Shown in pieces: positions 14,773 to 23,760 of a stretch of 32,000 nucleotides of DNA. The notes beneath the pieces were generated by a model. That model was not told where the DNA came from. It did not search any database and worked only from the letters and a program-made list of their open reading frames with translations. Source of the stretch: Gemmata obscuriglobus. GTDB lineage: Bacteria; Planctomycetota; Planctomycetia; Gemmatales; Gemmataceae. The stretch lies in assembly GCF_008065095.1 (NCBI RefSeq), contig NZ_CP042911.1, positions 6,270,001 through 6,302,000 on the forward strand, read 5' to 3'. Each line of letters begins with the position of its first letter. Position 1 is the first letter of the stretch. Position numbers and translations under genes: made by a program.

Positions 14773-16122
14773 ATGGGTCTGAGCCGCAGCGCGGTCGTCG
14801 CGGACTGGGACGGGAACCCGGCGCCCGAGGCGCCGGCGTCGCCCGAGTCGCTCAAGGAGTCGGGGCTGACGCAGGGCTTCATCTGCGACATGCTGCTCCG
14901 CACGGTTTACACCCGCGGGGTGATGCTCGGGCGCGACCTGGGGCAGTTCCTGTGCCTGCCCTTCAAAGTGATCCGCGAGCCGCTCCGGTTCTTGAAGGAC
15001 GAGAAGCTGATCCAGGTGGACGGCGGCGACCTGGTGGGCGAGGTGAGCTACCGGTTCAGTCTGACGGATTTGGGGCGCGACCGCGCCCGGGCCGCGATGG
15101 AGCAGTGCGCGTACGTCGGGCCGGCGCCGGTGCCGCTCGAGGACTACGTCGAGCAGTGCTACCGGCAGACCGTAACCGGCCTCACGTGCTACCCCGAGGC
15201 GCTGAAAGCCCCCTTCGGCCACCTGGTGCTGAAGGAGGAGATGTTCAACAACATCGGCCCGGCCATCATCAGCGGCCGGAGCGTGTTCATTTACGGGCCG
15301 CCGGGCAACGGGAAGACCGCGATGGCCCGCGCCATCGGCGACTTCATGAACACCGCCGGCGGGTCCATTTACATCCCCTACGCGTTCGTCGCGGACAACA
15401 ACATCATCACGGTGTTCGACCCGTCGCTGCACGTCATCGACGACACCGCGGCCGAGTACGGGGACGAGGCCGACGCGGCCGTCCGCCGGCTGCTCTCGAC
15501 CGGCTCCGTGGACCAGCGGTGGGTGCGCATCCGGCGGCCCGTCATCGTCACCGGCGGCGAACTGAACCTGCCGATGCTCGACCTGAAGTACAGCGCCGAG
15601 TCGAAGTTCTACCAGGCGCCGATCCACTTCAAGGCGAACGGCGGGGTGTTCCTGATCGACGACTTCGGCCGCCAGCTCGTGAGCCCCAAGGACCTGCTGA
15701 ACCGGTGGATCTTGCCGCTCGAAGACCGGCACGACTTCCTCACGGTCGCGAGCGGTAAGAAGTTCCAGGTGCCGTTCGAGCAGCTCATCATCTTCAGCAC
15801 CAACCTGGACCCGAAGGCGCTGGTGGACGACGCCTTCCTGCGCCGCATCCGCCACAAAGTGGGCATCCAGGCCCCGCAGCGGGACGTGTACGAGAAGATC
15901 TTCGCGTCCAACTGTAAGCGACTGGGAATGAACTTCGACCTGGGTGCGGTGGATTACTTGTACGAGCGGTACTACACCAGGGGCCGCGTGCCGCGGGCGT
16001 CGGACTGTCGCGATTTGCTGGAAACGGTCCAGTCCATCTGCCGATACAGACGGCAACCCGTGCATCTTACGCGCGACCTGATGGTCGAAGCTTCGGCCAG
16101 TTTCATCGCCGAGTTCACGTGA
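14773..16122 (+). CDS. AAA+ ATPase with an N-terminal winged-helix-like domain
   Basis: 449 aa. The N-terminal segment FICDMLLRTVYTRGVMLGRDLGQFLCLPFKVIREPLRFLKDEKLIQV looks like a wHTH. Walker A is FIYGPPGNGKTAMARAIG (15295-15318), Walker B-like is GGVFLIDDFGRQ, and the sensor/arginine region reads IIFSTNLDP..LVDDAFLRRIRHKV. Confidence 0.8.
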   Translation: MGLSRSAVVADWDGNPAPEAPASPESLKESGLTQGFICDMLLRTVYTRGVMLGRDLGQFLCLPFKVIREPLRFLKDEKLIQVDGGDLVGEVSYRFSLTDLGRDRARAAMEQCAYVGPAPVPLEDYVEQCYRQTVTGLTCYPEALKAPFGHLVLKEEMFNNIGPAIISGRSVFIYGPPGNGKTAMARAIGDFMNTAGGSIYIPYAFVADNNIITVFDPSLHVIDDTAAEYGDEADAAVRRLLSTGSVDQRWVRIRRPVIVTGGELNLPMLDLKYSAESKFYQAPIHFKANGGVFLIDDFGRQLVSPKDLLNRWILPLEDRHDFLTVASGKKFQVPFEQLIIFSTNLDPKALVDDAFLRRIRHKVGIQAPQRDVYEKIFASNCKRLGMNFDLGAVDYLYERYYTRGRVPRASDCRDLLETVQSICRYRRQPVHLTRDLMVEASASFIAEFT

Positions 16123-16165
16123 CCCGGTCGCGCGTCGGAGCGCGAACACATATTCGAGGTGGGCC

Positions 16166-17032
16166 ATGGACGGCCGAGTTTGTTTCCGGTGGCTCGCGTT
16201 CGGGTGCGCCGTCGCTGCCGCGCTCGGGTGCAACCGCAACGCGGTGCAACCCTCACCGTTCGGGCAGATGCCGAACACGACCGGTACACCCGCCCCTACT
16301 GCGACGGCCAAATCGATGTGGGGCGGGGGGGCGAACGCGGCCACGCCGTCGGGACCGGTGGAGCTGACCCCGCCGCCGTCGACGGAACCCCCCAAGGCGG
16401 AAACGCTCGTGGCCCTCGCCGACGTGCGCATGGACGCCGCGTTCGATGAGAAGACCGCACCGGGGAGCCGGGAGCCGCTGCTCGACATGGCTCGCGAGGG
16501 GTACCAGAAGGCGCTCAAACAAGATCCGAAGAACCCGAGCGCCATGCTCGGGATCGCACGCTTCTACGCCAAGGTCGGGGAGAAGGAGAAGGCGCTCGAG
16601 GCGTACAAGAAGTACCTGACGGCGCACCCGAAAGACGTCAAGGTGGCGCACGAGGTGGCGATCGTGCACGCCCGCTGGAAGGATTGGCCCGGGGCGGTGG
16701 CGTGGTGCCAGTTCGCGCTCACCCACATCGACCCCGAGAACCGCGACGTGAAGAAGTTCCTCGGGTTCTGCCAAGCCCGGATCGGCAAGTGGGACGAGGC
16801 GCTCGCGACCCTGAGCCAGATCATGCCCGAGGCGCAGGCCCGTCACAACCTCGCCGGGCTGCTCGACCACATGGGGTATCCGGAGCACAGCAAGCAGCAA
16901 CTTCAGCTCGCCATGCAGGCGGACCCGAATTACGCCCAGGCCCGTGATTTCTTCACCGAACTCACCCTGCCGCGCGGCGCGGCCGACCCCGAGCCGGTTC
17001 GGCAGGCGTCCGGCGAGCAGCCCGCGCCGTAG
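16166..17032 (+). CDS. TPR-repeat lipoprotein (TadD-like candidate)
   Basis: The signal peptide has a lipobox-like AALGC. A Pro/Thr-rich linker follows, then TPR-like repeats (YQKALKQDPKNPSAMLGIARFYAKVGEKEKALEAYKKYLTAHPKD...). TadD pilotins are TPR lipoproteins. Confidence 0.65.
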   Translation: MDGRVCFRWLAFGCAVAAALGCNRNAVQPSPFGQMPNTTGTPAPTATAKSMWGGGANAATPSGPVELTPPPSTEPPKAETLVALADVRMDAAFDEKTAPGSREPLLDMAREGYQKALKQDPKNPSAMLGIARFYAKVGEKEKALEAYKKYLTAHPKDVKVAHEVAIVHARWKDWPGAVAWCQFALTHIDPENRDVKKFLGFCQARIGKWDEALATLSQIMPEAQARHNLAGLLDHMGYPEHSKQQLQLAMQADPNYAQARDFFTELTLPRGAADPEPVRQASGEQPAP

Positions 17033-17037
17033 TCAGA

Positions 17038-17072
17038 ACGCGTTCGGCCCGCCGCGCGCGGGCCGAACGCGT
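17038..17072. terminator. bidirectional hairpin between convergent genes
   Basis: A perfect 15-bp stem, ACGCGTTCGGCCCGC (17038-17052) with GCGGGCCGAACGCGT (17058-17072), and a 5-nt loop. It lies between the TPR gene stop (17032) and the minus-strand gene stop (17080). Confidence 0.6.
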
Positions 17073-17079
17073 CACCCCG

Positions 17080-20000
17080 TTACTTCTTCAGTTCAATCAG
17101 CACCGCGGAGCCGTCCGACAGCGGGACCAATGCCGTCCCGCCGGCGACCCCGCTCGCGGCCGCGGGAACGGCTCCGGGTAGTCCCACGCTCTTGGTGTCG
17201 AGTGCCGCCCCGGTCGCGCCGTCGAGCAACAGTACGCGCCCGGCCAAATCGGTGACGACCCACCGGTTCGCGCCCGCCGGTTGCGGGGCTCCGACCGGCG
17301 TGCCGTTCGCGTCTTCGCTCAGCGGCACCGCCCAGAGCACCTCGTCGCGGTCTGGGTCGAGTGCCGCGACCGCTTTCCCGTCCACAACGTAAGCGACCAC
17401 GGTTTTGTTGCCCTCCCCGGACTGAACCGCGAACGCGGAACTCAGCTTCCCGGTGGGGAGCCGCGCGCCGCCCGCCTTCCACCGCCGGAGCGGCGCGCCG
17501 GGCTTGTCGGGCGCGAACATCCACACGCTACCGCTCACGTCGCCGACGATCAGCCGTGGTGGCCCGTCGGCGTCGCCCGGCACCGCGGCGCCCGGCCCCG
17601 CGACCGCCTCACGGAGGACCCACTCGCCAAGCTCCTTGCGGGTCGTGTTGGCCCCCGGGAGCCACTCCCAACGGGTCAGCTTCTTGCCCCCGTCGGAGGT
17701 CACGAACGTCGTATCGGACAGCGGGGTGATGCCACCGGCTGCGGCCGCGGCGGGGCGGTCGCCGCGCCACTTCGGTCCCGCAACCAGCACGGCCGGCACG
17801 GTCACCCCGGCGCCCGGAATGAACCGGTGCACGAACCCGTCCGCCGTCGGGATGTGCAGCGCCCCGCCGACCACCGCGGGCTGACCGGCCAACTCGCCGG
17901 GCGCGCCGATTTCGTCCTCGCCCAGCAGTTTCCCGCCCGCGACCCGCCGGACCACGAACTTGGGGCCGTCCTTGGTTGTAACGGGGGTGACCGCGAACAC
18001 CGTTTGTCCGTCCGCCGTGGCCGCCACCACGGTCGGCCCGCTGGCGCCCGCGGGTGCCGACGCGACCAACCACTCCGGTTTCGCGGCGAGCGACTGACTC
18101 GCGGCGACCTCGCCCCCCGCGGGCACGACCACGATGCCCCCGTCTTCGTCCACCAGCACGAACGCGTCGCCCTGACGCACGGGACCGGCACACCGTTCGG
18201 CCGACGACTGCTTGGCGGGCACCAGCCCGAGTTGCCGCTGCCACCGCACTTCGCCGGTGCGCAGGTCGAACGCCACCGCGCGGCACCCGGACGAGTTCGC
18301 CGACCGCACGACCACGCACGCCGCGTCCTTTCGCGCGCTGATTTGCGGGCCGTGAACCGGCTCGCCGACGCTGGCCCGCGTCCCGGCCAGTACGACGTCC
18401 TGGCCTTTGTTCGGCACGAGCACGAGCCGCGCCTGCTGCAAGTGCCCCCCGGCCAGCAGCCAGTACTCCGACTCCCCGACCGGGATCACCAGCCCGCGCA
18501 CGGGCCGGTCGTCCGGCGGGTTCGGGAGGGCCGGCGCCGCCATCGGAAACAGGGGCTTGTCCAGGTTCCCGGCCTGGTTCACGCCGAACACGCGGAACTG
18601 GCCGGTGTCGGACGCGACGGCGAGGCGCTCGCCGTCGCACACCGGCGGGTACCACACCCACCCCGGGACCGGCACCTCGGCGGCCGGGGCCGCGGGCGTT
18701 TCCGGCACCGTCGCGCCGTCGGCCGGGGGCTCGACGGTGCCGACCGGGAATGCGCGCAGGTTGGTGACGGCGGGGCCGTGAGCCTGCGAAAGCACGAGCC
18801 ACCGGTCGGCCGGTTCGGTGCCCTCGGGGCCGACGAACAGCGGGGGCACGCGCAGGGTGCCGGCGAGGTGCCCGGTGGCGATGACTTGTACGCACCGCGG
18901 GTTGATGCGGTTGCCGGCGTCGTCCTTGCCGCCCGCGTCGATGACGTACAGCCGTCGCGCCTCGGCCGCGATGTAAAGCAGGTTCGTTCCGGGGCGGAGG
19001 ACGGCCCCGCTCTCCGCCAGGGGTTGCCCCAGGCGAAGGTGTCCGATCCGTTGCCCGGTCGTGAGGTCGAACTCGTACACCGTCCCCTCGGGGTCGCGGA
19101 GCGGCACGAACGCGCGCCCGCCCACGACCACCGCCGGCCCGGCGGCGGCCGGAAGGGGCTGGTACCAGAGCGGCGCGCCCGTTTTCAGAACGTGCCCCGA
19201 CACCGCCGCGGACCCGCCCACGTTGGACGCAACGACGGCGACGTCGGTCGGCCCGCCGGCCAGCGTCACGCGGGTCACAACGGGCGGGTCGGTGATGTCG
19301 GCCCCGACCCGCGTCGCCCAGAGGAGGGTCCCGGTGTCCTCGTCGAGCGCGTACAAGATGCCGCGGGCCACGCACAGGAACACGGTCGAAGGCGCGGCAC
19401 CCACGCCGGGTTCGTGCAGCTTGGTTTTGCCGACGGGGGTGACGAACAGCAGCGACGTGGCCGTGGTCGGCGGGACCGGCTCCGGGGGGGCCGGGTCGTC
19501 CGTGTAGCGGACCAGCTTGCGGAGGTTCCCCTTCGCGGTCGCGATGAGCGCCCGCACCTCGGGGTCGTCGATGAAGCCCGCGGCCCTGAGTTCGGCTTCC
19601 GCGCTCTGGATCAGTGCGTCGGTGGGGCTTTCGAGCTGCGCCTTGGCCCGCGCGAAGGCGGCCGAGCGGTCCCGCTCCCGCTTGACGCTTTTCTCCGCCT
19701 GGTCGAAGCGCCCCTTCAACTTGTCCAGGGGCTGGTCGTCGGGGCCGCGTAGCGGGTCGAGTGCCGCGACGAGCTCACGCCCCTTCGCGACGGCCGCGTC
19801 GGCGTGCGAAAGTTCTTCGGACTTGGCGCGGTCCGCTTGGTACGCGGTCACCCGGTCACCGGCGTACTCGGCGATGTCTTCGCAGAGCTTTTTGCCGGCT
19901 TCGAGCACGTCGCGCCCGTACTCCGTGGGCTTCATCAGGTCGGAACTTTTGTGCGATTCGAGGAACGCCGTCAACCGCTTCAGGGCCGGCTCGTAGTCCT

Positions 20001-20721
20001 GACGGTTGGTCACCGCGCGAACGGTCGTCTGCGTGGAGGACAGGTCGGCAAAGAACTTGTACTTGTTGATCCGGTTGCTGCGCGGATAATCCTGCGCGAG
20101 CTTTTCGTACAGCTTGCCGGCGGCGGCGTATTCGGCCTTCTGGTACTCCGTTTGGGCGCTGTCCGCGAGCTGATCTTCCTTCTTCCCCTCGGTCTGCAGG
20201 ATGTAAACGATCGCGAACCCGAGCGCCGCGACGATGAAGATTCCCATACCCGCGAGGAGCAGCGGGGCGCGGTTGCTCTTCTTCTTCTTCCGGACAACGA
20301 TCTCGTCGTCCGGTTCGTCTGCGGGTACGGGCTTAAGCGGCTTCTTGTCTTTCTTCGGGGGCGGCACGTCGGTCCCTTCGGACCACACGACCTCTTTCAC
20401 CCTGGGCGGCTTGACGACCGCCGCCGTCACGATCGCGGCCTCGACGATGTCGGGCTCGGCCGGTTTGGGCGGCCTCTTCGGTGCGGGCTTGGGCTCCGGT
20501 TTCGGGACGGGCTTGGGCGGGGCTTTCGGCTCGGGCGGCGGTTCGGGTGCCGCCGCCGGCGGGGCGGTGGCGACCATCGGCCGCACCGTGAACACCTGGC
20601 GGCACTCCAGGTTCGGGCACCGCATCGACTTCCCGCTCATCTCCGACTGGAGGGTGAAGCGCGTTTCGCAGTGTGGGCACTGAGCAACGATCGACACAGT
20701 GTGCCTCGTGGGGCGGAGCAA
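17080..20721 (-). CDS. large zinc-ribbon / single-TM / PQQ-like beta-propeller repeat protein
   Basis: 1213 aa. The N-terminus carries an MJ0042-type zinc ribbon (CPHCETRF...CPNLECRQVF), followed by a Pro/Lys-rich linker and a TM segment (APLLLAGMGIFIVAALGFAIVYIL). A helical TPR-like segment comes next. After that come about 800 aa of repeated beta-strand units (LLWATRVG..., PLWYQPL..., VRWQRQLG..., VLWAVPL...) typical of BamB/PQQ-like propellers. Confidence 0.75.
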   Translation of the reverse strand: MLRPTRHTVSIVAQCPHCETRFTLQSEMSGKSMRCPNLECRQVFTVRPMVATAPPAAAPEPPPEPKAPPKPVPKPEPKPAPKRPPKPAEPDIVEAAIVTAAVVKPPRVKEVVWSEGTDVPPPKKDKKPLKPVPADEPDDEIVVRKKKKSNRAPLLLAGMGIFIVAALGFAIVYILQTEGKKEDQLADSAQTEYQKAEYAAAGKLYEKLAQDYPRSNRINKYKFFADLSSTQTTVRAVTNRQDYEPALKRLTAFLESHKSSDLMKPTEYGRDVLEAGKKLCEDIAEYAGDRVTAYQADRAKSEELSHADAAVAKGRELVAALDPLRGPDDQPLDKLKGRFDQAEKSVKRERDRSAAFARAKAQLESPTDALIQSAEAELRAAGFIDDPEVRALIATAKGNLRKLVRYTDDPAPPEPVPPTTATSLLFVTPVGKTKLHEPGVGAAPSTVFLCVARGILYALDEDTGTLLWATRVGADITDPPVVTRVTLAGGPTDVAVVASNVGGSAAVSGHVLKTGAPLWYQPLPAAAGPAVVVGGRAFVPLRDPEGTVYEFDLTTGQRIGHLRLGQPLAESGAVLRPGTNLLYIAAEARRLYVIDAGGKDDAGNRINPRCVQVIATGHLAGTLRVPPLFVGPEGTEPADRWLVLSQAHGPAVTNLRAFPVGTVEPPADGATVPETPAAPAAEVPVPGWVWYPPVCDGERLAVASDTGQFRVFGVNQAGNLDKPLFPMAAPALPNPPDDRPVRGLVIPVGESEYWLLAGGHLQQARLVLVPNKGQDVVLAGTRASVGEPVHGPQISARKDAACVVVRSANSSGCRAVAFDLRTGEVRWQRQLGLVPAKQSSAERCAGPVRQGDAFVLVDEDGGIVVVPAGGEVAASQSLAAKPEWLVASAPAGASGPTVVAATADGQTVFAVTPVTTKDGPKFVVRRVAGGKLLGEDEIGAPGELAGQPAVVGGALHIPTADGFVHRFIPGAGVTVPAVLVAGPKWRGDRPAAAAAGGITPLSDTTFVTSDGGKKLTRWEWLPGANTTRKELGEWVLREAVAGPGAAVPGDADGPPRLIVGDVSGSVWMFAPDKPGAPLRRWKAGGARLPTGKLSSAFAVQSGEGNKTVVAYVVDGKAVAALDPDRDEVLWAVPLSEDANGTPVGAPQPAGANRWVVTDLAGRVLLLDGATGAALDTKSVGLPGAVPAAASGVAGGTALVPLSDGSAVLIELKK

Positions 20722-20864
20722 GTGGGACGAGCGGCGATGGGCCTATTCTAAGTCCGAACCGCTCCCCGGGTGAACCGCCTTTTTCGCCCCGTAGCGGGTA
20801 ACGGACGGCGCGGGGCGTCCTGTGCCGTATGGCTGAAGTAATCCGCGCGTGTCGGGCCGCGTTC

Positions 20865-21055
20865 AGTCCAGTCGTTTCAAGTTTGTTGGTTGTTTGTCGG
20901 CCCGGCGCGTGTAACCTCGGCGTGTTCGGCTCTCCCGCCCGATCGCCAAGACCGCGCGAACGGGAAACGACTGGACTCGGTACACGCTCCGGACCATTCG
21001 TGTACCGTTTGGCTTTGCGTGGAACTTGGAACCTGGAGCGTGAAACGACTGGATT
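20865..21055. promoter_or_regulatory. three copies of GAAACGACTGGAYT in the divergent promoter region (candidate operator set)
   Basis: AGTCCAGTCGTTTCA (20865-20879, reverse orientation), GAAACGACTGGACT (20964-20977) and TGAAACGACTGGATT (21041-21055). A 9-bp perfect hairpin CGGTACACG/CGTGTACCG (20978-20986 / 20999-21007) also lies here. Confidence 0.5.
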
Positions 21056-21184
21056 TGGTAGGAGGCGCTGTGGGGCGGTGCGCACCCGCTGGTCTGCCGA
21101 ACGTGTTTGTTCGGATCGGCGTTCCGTTTAGAATGGCCCCACCGCGAGAGTCGCCTACGCCACTTTTTTGAGGGAGAACCCGTC

Positions 21185-23269
21185 GTGCCGAGCCGTGTCG
21201 TCGTCGTTGCCGTCGTACTATTCGCCGCGAGCGCCCTGCGCGCCGCCGACCCCGCCCCGTGGTGGGACGCCGAGGTGGAGTCCGCGCTCACGGGCGCGAA
21301 GGACAACCGCAAGGAACTGGAGCAGGCGCTGCGCGCCGTCCCCCCCGAGCAGCGCAAGGGGATGGCGTTCCTCATCGCCAACATGCCGGACGCCGACCGC
21401 GCCGCGCTGAAGGCCGAGTTCCTGCTCACGAACGTGGACCTGGCGTACAAGGCCCGCAACGAAACGCGGTGGGGCAAGGACGTTCCCGAGGAGCTGTTCC
21501 TCAACGACGTGCTCCCCTACGCGAACGTGGACGAGAAGCGCGACGCGTGGCGCAAAGAGTTCTACGAGCTGTGCATGCCGATGGTGAAGGACTGCAAGAC
21601 GCCCACCGAGGCGGTGCAGGCGCTCAACGCGGAACTGTTCAAAAAGCTGAAGCTCGGGTACTCGACGCAGCGGCGGGCGCCGAACCAGAGCCCGAAGGAG
21701 TCCATCGAGCAGGGGAAGGCGTCCTGCACGGGGCTGTCGATCGTGCTGAGCGACGCGTGCCGGTCCGTGGGCATCCCGGCCCGGCTGGTCGGCACGCCGC
21801 TGTGGGTGGACAAGCGCGGGAACCACACCTGGGTCGAGATCTGGGACCGGGGCTGGCACTTCACCGGCGCCTGCGAACCGGACCCGGCCGGGCTGGACCG
21901 CGGGTGGTTCGTCGGCGCCGCGGCGCAGGCCAAGAAAGATGAGCCCCAGCACGCGATTTACGCCGCGAGCTTCAAGAAGTCGTCGCAGCACTTCCCGCTG
22001 GTGTGGGCGCCGCGGAACCACGGCGTGCCGGGCGAGAACGTGACCGACCACTACGCGCGGAAGGCCGCGCCGGACGCGAAGGCCGAGACCGCCAAATCGG
22101 AATCGGCTCTGAAGGAGCTCCGGGCGGCGCTCGAAGCCAAGCCGGCGGCGCTCGCGGACCTCGCCAACAAGCCCTTCGCGAAAATCCCGCTGACGAAGGC
22201 CGACGCCGCGACCGCCCGCCAACTGCTGTGGGACGCGCACGCCGCGACCATCAAGACGGACCGCGCGGCCGAGATCAAGGACCGGGTCATCAAAGAAGAC
22301 AAGCTCGAGATGCCGTTCTCGTACAAGACGTTCGGGGCCAAGCCGAAGGACGGGCGGAGCCTGTGGATCTCGATGCACGGCGGCGGCAACGCCCCGAAGC
22401 AGGTGAACGACGGCCAGTGGGAGAACCAGAAGAAGCTGTACACGGTGGAAGAGGGCATTTACCTCGCCCCGCGCGCGCCGACGAACACCTGGAACCTCTG
22501 GCACGAAGCGCACATCGACCGCATGTTCGCCCGGCTCATCGAGGACCTGATCGTGCTCGAGGACGTGAACCCGAACCGCGTGTACGTGCTGGGGTACTCG
22601 GCCGGCGGCGACGGGGTGTACCAGCTCGCCCCGCGGATGGCGGACCACTGGGCCGGCGCGGCGATGATGGCCGGGCACCCGAACGGCGTGCCGCTGCTGT
22701 CGCTGCGGAACGTGCCGTTCGCGCTCCAGGTGGGCGGAAACGACTCGGCGTACAACCGCAACAAGGTTGGCAAGGAGTACGGCGAACAGCTCGACAAGCT
22801 CCAGAAGGACGACCCGAAGGGGTACGAGCACTTCGTGAAGATCCACAAGGGCAAGCCCCACTGGATGGGACTCGAAGACAAGGTGGCGCTGCCGTGGATG
22901 GCGAAGTTCACCCGCAACCCGGTGCCCGAGAAGGTGGTGTGGAAGCAGACCGGGGCGCCGCACGATCGGTCGTACTGGCTCGCGGTCCCGAAGAGCGAGG
23001 CGAAGGGTGATTCGCTCGTGGTCGCGACCCGCGCCGGCCAGACGGTCGAGATCGCAACCGCGGAAAAGGTGTCGAAGCTCATCGTCCGGTTCGACGACCG
23101 GACCGCCGACCTCGACAAGCCCGTGGAGGTGAAGCAAGGGGGCAAGACACTGTTCGCCGGAATCGCGCCCCGCACGGTCGGCACGTTGGTGAAAACCCTC
23201 GCTGGCCGCGGCGACCCGGGGCTGGTGTTCGATGCCGAGGTGGAAGTGGAACTGCCTGAGAAGAAATGA
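21185..23269 (+). CDS. secreted transglutaminase-like cysteine protease domain fused to an alpha/beta-hydrolase (esterase/peptidase) domain
   Basis: GTG 21185 within ORF 21107..23269, preceded by GAGGGAGA, gives the signal peptide MPSRVVVVAVVLFAASALRA. The transglutaminase core reads GKASCTGLSIVLSDACRSVGIPARLV...GNHTWVEIWD. The C-terminal hydrolase has SLWISMHGGG and the nucleophile elbow VYVLGYSAGGDG. Confidence 0.75.
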   Translation: MPSRVVVVAVVLFAASALRAADPAPWWDAEVESALTGAKDNRKELEQALRAVPPEQRKGMAFLIANMPDADRAALKAEFLLTNVDLAYKARNETRWGKDVPEELFLNDVLPYANVDEKRDAWRKEFYELCMPMVKDCKTPTEAVQALNAELFKKLKLGYSTQRRAPNQSPKESIEQGKASCTGLSIVLSDACRSVGIPARLVGTPLWVDKRGNHTWVEIWDRGWHFTGACEPDPAGLDRGWFVGAAAQAKKDEPQHAIYAASFKKSSQHFPLVWAPRNHGVPGENVTDHYARKAAPDAKAETAKSESALKELRAALEAKPAALADLANKPFAKIPLTKADAATARQLLWDAHAATIKTDRAAEIKDRVIKEDKLEMPFSYKTFGAKPKDGRSLWISMHGGGNAPKQVNDGQWENQKKLYTVEEGIYLAPRAPTNTWNLWHEAHIDRMFARLIEDLIVLEDVNPNRVYVLGYSAGGDGVYQLAPRMADHWAGAAMMAGHPNGVPLLSLRNVPFALQVGGNDSAYNRNKVGKEYGEQLDKLQKDDPKGYEHFVKIHKGKPHWMGLEDKVALPWMAKFTRNPVPEKVVWKQTGAPHDRSYWLAVPKSEAKGDSLVVATRAGQTVEIATAEKVSKLIVRFDDRTADLDKPVEVKQGGKTLFAGIAPRTVGTLVKTLAGRGDPGLVFDAEVEVELPEKK

Positions 23270-23273
23270 AGTG

Positions 23274-23520
23274 ATGAGTGGCGAGTCCGCGTGTCTGCGT
23301 TCCGTTGTTGCAACACCAACCGATAAAACCCCGCGGTTGGTGTACACTGACTGGCTTGATGAAAATAACCAGCCGTGTAAGAGGCTGTACGGAAAGCAGA
23401 ACTCCTGAGTCGCTCCGGTTGCGCACTCGAATAGCAGATTACAGCCGAACTTGGTTCGGGGGGCGCATGGCTGTCGGCCGCGATCCGCGATACGTCCTTC
23501 TGCCTCCAGGCACTACGTAG
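23274..23520 (+). pseudogene. decayed fragment of a TIGR02996-like (Gemmata repeat-companion N-terminal domain) gene
   Basis: My translation from ATG 23274 is MSGESACLRSVVATPTDKTPRLVYTDWLDENNQPCKRLYGKQNS*. The block D.TPRLVY.DWL.EN matches the N-terminal domain I recall as TIGR02996. A shifted frame continues PESLRLRTRIAD, the AEFIRLQ-like position. By hand count 17 of 44 codons end in A or T, which is atypical here. Confidence 0.4.
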
Positions 23521-23760
23521 ACTCGCCGCAAATACCCCGATCATTGCGTGCCCGCTCTGGTCCCGGAACAAGCGAGATCACATCCGCGTCAGAACCGCGG
23601 CTTCGTCGGTCGGGTCCAAAATGGGGCCGGCTGATCGGGCGCATTACTTGCGCGGTCCGTTCCTGAGTCTTCGATTGCTGTTGCGAGGACAAGGGTTCGG
23701 ACGTTACGCTTGCCGAAAGGCGATTGGCGTGCCCAGGTGACCGCACAAAATGAGATTCGG

